Of a stretch of DNA of 64,000 nt, positions 59,741-64,000 are shown piece after piece (within the stretch, counting starts at the first letter, position 1; the number at the start of each line of letters is the position of its first letter). Both the position numbers and the translations under genes were made by a program. The DNA is taken from contig CAVSHR010000005.1 in assembly GCA_963727625.1 (NCBI GenBank), positions 160,001 to 224,000 on the forward strand. Direction: 5' to 3'. A model generated the notes under the pieces. The model worked only from the letters and a program-made list of their open reading frames with translations, made no database searches and was not told the DNA's origin. Source of the DNA: an uncultured delta proteobacterium. Its GTDB lineage: Bacteria > Desulfobacterota > Binatia > UBA9968.

Positions 59741-60211
59741 TTAGGCGGCCTTTGCTTTGTTTATATGCCGGCCAGAACGCGGCACCACAAGGACCGGACA
59801 GGGCGCGCGCGCAACCACCTTTTCAGTCACGCTGCCCAAAATTATATGATCGAGACCGGTGCGACCGTGCGTCGACATGACGATCATGTCAACACCTTCT
59901 TCTTTTGCCTTTTCGATGACACTTTGAACCGCCGTTCCGATCTCGACTATTGGCCGCACTTCGACAAGATTGATGCATTCGGCAAAGTTATCGGCAAGAA
60001 AACCATCTAACTTGTTGCGGCAGTGCTGCAACAAGTCGGGGTGGGCCAGCACCTCGCCGCGCTTATCCGCCCATTCACCGCTAAAATCGATCACGTGATA
60101 AACGATCACCTCTGCACTGGTATCGCGCGCGACATCTAAGGCATAGCTAATCCCAAGCTTGGATAGCTCCGAGAAATCGGTCGGCGCCAAAATCTTCTTC
60201 ACCCTCGACAT
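59741..60211 (-). CDS. Universal stress protein
   Basis: KILAPTDFS, DMIVMSTHGRTG..ILGSVTEKVV..APCPVLVV. Confidence 0.92.
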   Translation of the reverse strand: MSRVKKILAPTDFSELSKLGISYALDVARDTSAEVIVYHVIDFSGEWADKRGEVLAHPDLLQHCRNKLDGFLADNFAECINLVEVRPIVEIGTAVQSVIEKAKEEGVDMIVMSTHGRTGLDHIILGSVTEKVVARAPCPVLVVPRSGRHINKAKAA

Positions 60212-60423
60212 AAGAACCTCCTTATGGAATGGCTCAACTGACATTGAGCAGCGCAAGATCCGTGCCTCGCTTCGCGCGCCGATCAAACGGGGGATTTAAC
60301 GTTTTCGCGCCTTTTCTTTCTTATCTTTGAGGAAATCTTCGGCGAAATTCGCGCCTACGCGAATCGAGCATGAGATGATGGGTTTAAGCTTCTGAAATCA
60401 CAGAGGACCCAGAGCCAAAGCCT

Positions 60424-60439
60424 TGGCATAAGCTGTGCT
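60424..60439 (+). promoter_or_regulatory. Candidate sigma54 promoter
   Basis: TGGCAT-AAGCT-GTGCT (GG-N10-GC) upstream of CBS pair. Confidence 0.5.
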
Positions 60440-60526
60440 CATTTGAATCAGTAAGAAATAAATCGGCGCGGAATGACCGGCGAGCTGTCAAAAGAAAGGA
60501 AACAAACCATGGGAGGATATGACTGG

Positions 60527-60943
60527 ATGAAAATCGTCGATGTGATGACGCGGAATCCCGTGATTGTGACACCTAGCGAATCCGTCGGACAGGCCGATGA
60601 GCTGATGACCCAGAATAAAATCCGCCAACTACCAGTGGTGGAAGGCACCGCATTGCTTGGAATCGTCACGGATCGCGATATTCGTTCTTTTCTGAGCGGC
60701 TCGCTGCTTTTGGATCCGGAAGCACGCGAAAAAGCGCTCGGCACGCCAGTGCGGGAATTGATGACCACCGAACCTCTCACTCTCTCCCCCGATGACGAGC
60801 TGCAGGAGGCGGTCGAACTACTCATCGACGAAAAGATCGGCGGGATTCCCGTAATGGATGAAGCGGAAGGACTGGTGGGCATCGTCACTTACGTCGATTT
60901 GCTCAGGTGTTTTCTAAACCGGTTGCGGGAGGAACAACCATGA
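60527..60943 (+). CDS. CBS domain protein
   Basis: IRQLPVV..GIVTDRD; IGGIPV..GIVT. Confidence 0.88.
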   Translation: MKIVDVMTRNPVIVTPSESVGQADELMTQNKIRQLPVVEGTALLGIVTDRDIRSFLSGSLLLDPEAREKALGTPVRELMTTEPLTLSPDDELQEAVELLIDEKIGGIPVMDEAEGLVGIVTYVDLLRCFLNRLREEQP

Positions 60944-61362
60944 AGAACGGCAAACAGGGCATCGTGCGTGAAATCATGATGGGCTCACCGGTATCTCTAG
61001 GACCCGAAGACACCTTGGACTTGGCCAGCAACGTGATTTCACTAGGCCGCATTCGCCATATTCCGGTCATCGAAGCGGGCAGGCTGGTCGGCCTGATCAG
61101 CGAACGCGACTTGATGGGCACGGCCGCCAACCGGATATTCGGCCTTAAACAAAGGAGCAAATCGGCGCTTTTAAAGAGCGTACGGGTTAAGGATATTATG
61201 CGAAAACGCGTGGTCACGGTCGATCCCGATACGCCGATTAAAAACGCCGCACAGCTCATGGCCGACAAGAAGATCGGTTGCGTGCCAGTGGTGGACGATG
61301 GCGCGCTCGTCGGGCTGGTTACGACCACCGATATTTTGCGCTATGTGGAGGGCTTGGGATAA
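60940..61362 (+). CDS. CBS domain protein
   Basis: IRHIPV..GLISERD; IGCVPV..GLVTTTD. Confidence 0.88.
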   Translation: MKNGKQGIVREIMMGSPVSLGPEDTLDLASNVISLGRIRHIPVIEAGRLVGLISERDLMGTAANRIFGLKQRSKSALLKSVRVKDIMRKRVVTVDPDTPIKNAAQLMADKKIGCVPVVDDGALVGLVTTTDILRYVEGLG

Positions 61363-61446
61363 GGCAATGCGGCGCATGCTGAGGCGAGCGGCGCCGGCTT
61401 GAGCTAAAACCAATCATCCCGGTTAAGGAACCAATGAGGAGGACAC

Positions 61447-61713
61447 ATGGGCGGCTTTCTTGGCGCTAAAGAAGTTCTCACCAGGGAACGGGTCAAACAA
61501 ATTTTTCGAGACAAGGAATATGCCTACCTCGAAGAAAAAGTTAACCTCCTCGAGGTCAGGGATGATTCACTCCTGTTAAAGATCTCCTTTCTGCTGGAAT
61601 ACAAGGGTCGGATGATTTCCATCGAGGAAAAGGAACCGATCGTGGTCCCATTCAAGGATTTCAAAGTGGAGGACTGGGGCGACGGGGTCCGAAAGGTCGG
61701 CGATATTACCTAG
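61447..61713 (+). CDS. Hypothetical protein
   Basis: GAGGAGG RBS, 88 aa, no recognised motif. Confidence 0.6.
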   Translation: MGGFLGAKEVLTRERVKQIFRDKEYAYLEEKVNLLEVRDDSLLLKISFLLEYKGRMISIEEKEPIVVPFKDFKVEDWGDGVRKVGDIT

Positions 61714-61789
61714 GCCCGAAACGCCCCGATGTTCGCTCGATTGAGCACCGTAGCCAGTCTCATTTAGCCGCCGAGGGCAACCGCCCACG

Positions 61790-62689
61790 CTAGCGGGCCG
61801 AGACCACCAGCACCGGATCGCCGGAATGTCGAACGACTTTTTCTGTGACGCTGCCCAGCACCCAACGCTTGACCCCGGAGCGCCCGTGCGTGCACATGGC
61901 GATGAGCGAGCGCGGCCGCTCGCGCGCGCAGCGGATAATCTCTTCAGCGCCAACTCCCTCGCGCAAGAGCGAGCTGACCTGTGGCAACCCTTGGGCTTTG
62001 AGCGCCGCAACTTGACCGTCGAGATAACACTGCGCATCGGTGCGGACGTGGTTCGTCAGTTCTTCATAATTCGGCAGATAATTTTCCCGCCCATAATAGG
62101 CTGACGCCGGCAATTCGAAGGCCCGGAGTAACAATACAGCCGCGTTGAACACCTTGGCCATTTCCATGACCGTCGGTAGCACCGACTCTGCCAGTGGCGA
62201 GCCGTCCAGGGGCACGATGATCGAATGCAGGACCGCCTCGGCTCCCTCCTGAGCATCGTCGGCCCGCACCAAGAACAGCGGATTGTCGGCGCCGCGCAAG
62301 ACTTTCTCCGCAACGCTGCCTAACAACCAGCGATTGATTCCCGAACGGCCATGAGTGGCCATGGCGACCAGCGTCGCCGGCTGCGCCGCCGCTTTTTCAA
62401 GAATCACTTCGGCCGGTTTGCCCCGCTGCACCGAAGCGCTGACACTAAACCCGACCAAACCTCGCGCAATCTCATCTAAATATTGTCGGCTGGCGCGCTC
62501 CGCCTCCACGATGAAGCGATCGAGGAAACGGGCCTTGTCGCCGACCAGATGGGCGCTCATCGCCGAAATGTCGATCACTTCAAGAAGCTCGATCGGTAAC
62601 TTCAGCACCCCCGCCAGACTGCGCGTGTAGCACAGCACCTTCTCTGCCGCATCGGATCCGTCCAGGGACACGAGAATTTTGCTAAACAT
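61790..62689 (-). CDS. Tandem-domain universal stress protein
   Basis: Two (S/P)LDGS...THGRSG..W.LGSV.EKV repeats. Confidence 0.92.
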   Translation of the reverse strand: MFSKILVSLDGSDAAEKVLCYTRSLAGVLKLPIELLEVIDISAMSAHLVGDKARFLDRFIVEAERASRQYLDEIARGLVGFSVSASVQRGKPAEVILEKAAAQPATLVAMATHGRSGINRWLLGSVAEKVLRGADNPLFLVRADDAQEGAEAVLHSIIVPLDGSPLAESVLPTVMEMAKVFNAAVLLLRAFELPASAYYGRENYLPNYEELTNHVRTDAQCYLDGQVAALKAQGLPQVSSLLREGVGAEEIIRCARERPRSLIAMCTHGRSGVKRWVLGSVTEKVVRHSGDPVLVVSAR

Positions 62690-62850
62690 CGGTTTCCCCT
62701 TTCCCGAGAGTCACCGCCCAATAGGATGATCACAGCGTCCGGCTATCTGTTACTCTAATTCGCGACCAGCGCGCAACCGGCACCTAGCCGGGCGGCTGCT
62801 ACAGCTTCTTTGTTTTGTGCAACCGATGAAAGTGCGCTGTTTGCTCGGCG

Positions 62851-64000
62851 TTAGGCGGACGCTAGGCGCGCGCGCAGAAATGTTTCGCTATCGTCAATCA
62901 ACTGCTCCAAAGGCGCTTCGGTCCGAAGCTCGATCAGCGAGGACGGCGGCAGTTCATGGATGGGTTCGTACGAGGCTTTCTGCGCGACGTAGACTTCCCA
63001 ACCCGCGTCCGAAATATCGTTTCCTTGCGCTGCTCGTAAAGAGACGCGGTTTTCGGTCGTTACCTCCGACGCCGAACAGTGCACGACGATGAGGGGAATC
63101 TTGTATTTCTTGGCGAGCGCGGCGAATTTACCGCGATGGCCGCGCCGGGCAAAGGTCGCATCGACGATGACGCCCTCGCCCTTGAGGAGTTTATCCTCGG
63201 CCAGGCACGCCATAGCCGCATAGGTTTTTTCCGTCATCGCCGGGCTATAAATGCCTTGACGATATCCGACCGCGTGGCGACCCGGCTGGTGCGCGATTTC
63301 TTTGCGCACGATATCCGAATTGATCACGGTCATGCCCAGGCGTTCGCCCATCGGCCGGGCAAAGGTCGACTTGCCGCTGCCGGTCAAACCGCACACCAGC
63401 AAGAGAAACGGTTTGAACGGCTCCCAGGTCATGCGCTGGGCGTAGCGGAAGTAGCGGGCAGATTCATCGTTCCAGCGGCCTAAGCGGAGCGCGTTCACCT
63501 TGGCCCGCACCATCGCCCGATAACACTGGAAATAAGGCAGCAACGGCATCATCTCGGCGTCCTTGATACGCTTGCGATAGCGCGCGATGAATGGGCCAAG
63601 GAGCGACTCGCCGCCCCGGCTGGCCACATCCATCATTAGAAAGGCAATTTCCGAGGCGAGATCACAACAGCGCAACTTGGCGCTGAACTCGATGCAATCG
63701 AAGATCTGAATCCCTTCCGGCGCAAAGCAGATATGCTCGGCGTGGAGATCGCCGTGAACATCGCGAATCCACCCCTCGGTGACGCGGCGTGCCAACAGGT
63801 CATGATTGTTTTTGAGAAAATCTGCGCCGAATGCATCGATCGTTTCGAGCGCCCGACGGTCCGCATGAGCTGTCAATAACGATGTCATCTCTGCCAGGTT
63901 ATCGCTCCACCGCGCGTGCAGCGCCGCCAGATAGTCGTCCGCGGCGATGCCCCGGTTAGCTTCCGCCGCCGCATGGAAGTCGGCGAGATGGTCCGCCAGT
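62851..64000 (-). CDS. Bifunctional phosphotransferase-like/AAA_33 P-loop protein (Rv2004c-like), 5' end outside window
   Basis: RDVHGDLH, FDCIEF, YRAMVRAKV, CGLTGSGKST, SDIVRK, DATF. Confidence 0.88.
   Translation of the reverse strand, partial: LADHLADFHAAAEANRGIAADDYLAALHARWSDNLAEMTSLLTAHADRRALETIDAFGADFLKNNHDLLARRVTEGWIRDVHGDLHAEHICFAPEGIQIFDCIEFSAKLRCCDLASEIAFLMMDVASRGGESLLGPFIARYRKRIKDAEMMPLLPYFQCYRAMVRAKVNALRLGRWNDESARYFRYAQRMTWEPFKPFLLLVCGLTGSGKSTFARPMGERLGMTVINSDIVRKEIAHQPGRHAVGYRQGIYSPAMTEKTYAAMACLAEDKLLKGEGVIVDATFARRGHRGKFAALAKKYKIPLIVVHCSASEVTTENRVSLRAAQGNDISDAGWEVYVAQKASYEPIHELPPSSLIELRTEAPLEQLIDDSETFLRARLASA

Overview
GC-rich bacterial chromosome segment. Many SsuA/NMT1-type binding proteins, amidohydrolases and short periodic intergenic repeats suggest a Binatia/deltaproteobacteria-like lineage (inference). 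From left to right: (i) 1-8.6 kb, a minus-strand catabolic-looking cluster with a cupin dioxygenase, three heme-oxygenase-like (PqqC/CADD/TenA) proteins, an orphan EutA, a dihydroxyphthalate-decarboxylase-like protein and binding proteins. (ii) 8.6-29 kb, housekeeping and redox genes, including a probable UGA-recoded (selenocysteine, UxxC) glutaredoxin that the ORF track misses. (iii) 29.2-48.9 kb, the standout feature: a ~20 kb co-directional electron-transfer supercluster with 59 counted c-heme motifs. It combines LuxR, MtrA/MtrB without MtrC, a monoheme cytochrome c, a Qrc/ACIII-like module, two tetraheme cytochromes, a nonaheme-Rieske-cytochrome b module, CbcL-like and ImcH-like quinone-pool cytochromes and two more monoheme cytochromes, with sigma54-like promoters. 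(iv) 49-55 kb, a ferritin-VIT1 fusion, ExeA and a patch of pseudogenes including a RAYT-type transposase. (v) 58-64 kb, a USP/CBS low-oxygen-type stress locus. No rRNA, tRNA or CRISPR array was recognised. All calls come from motif reading; no database searches were run.
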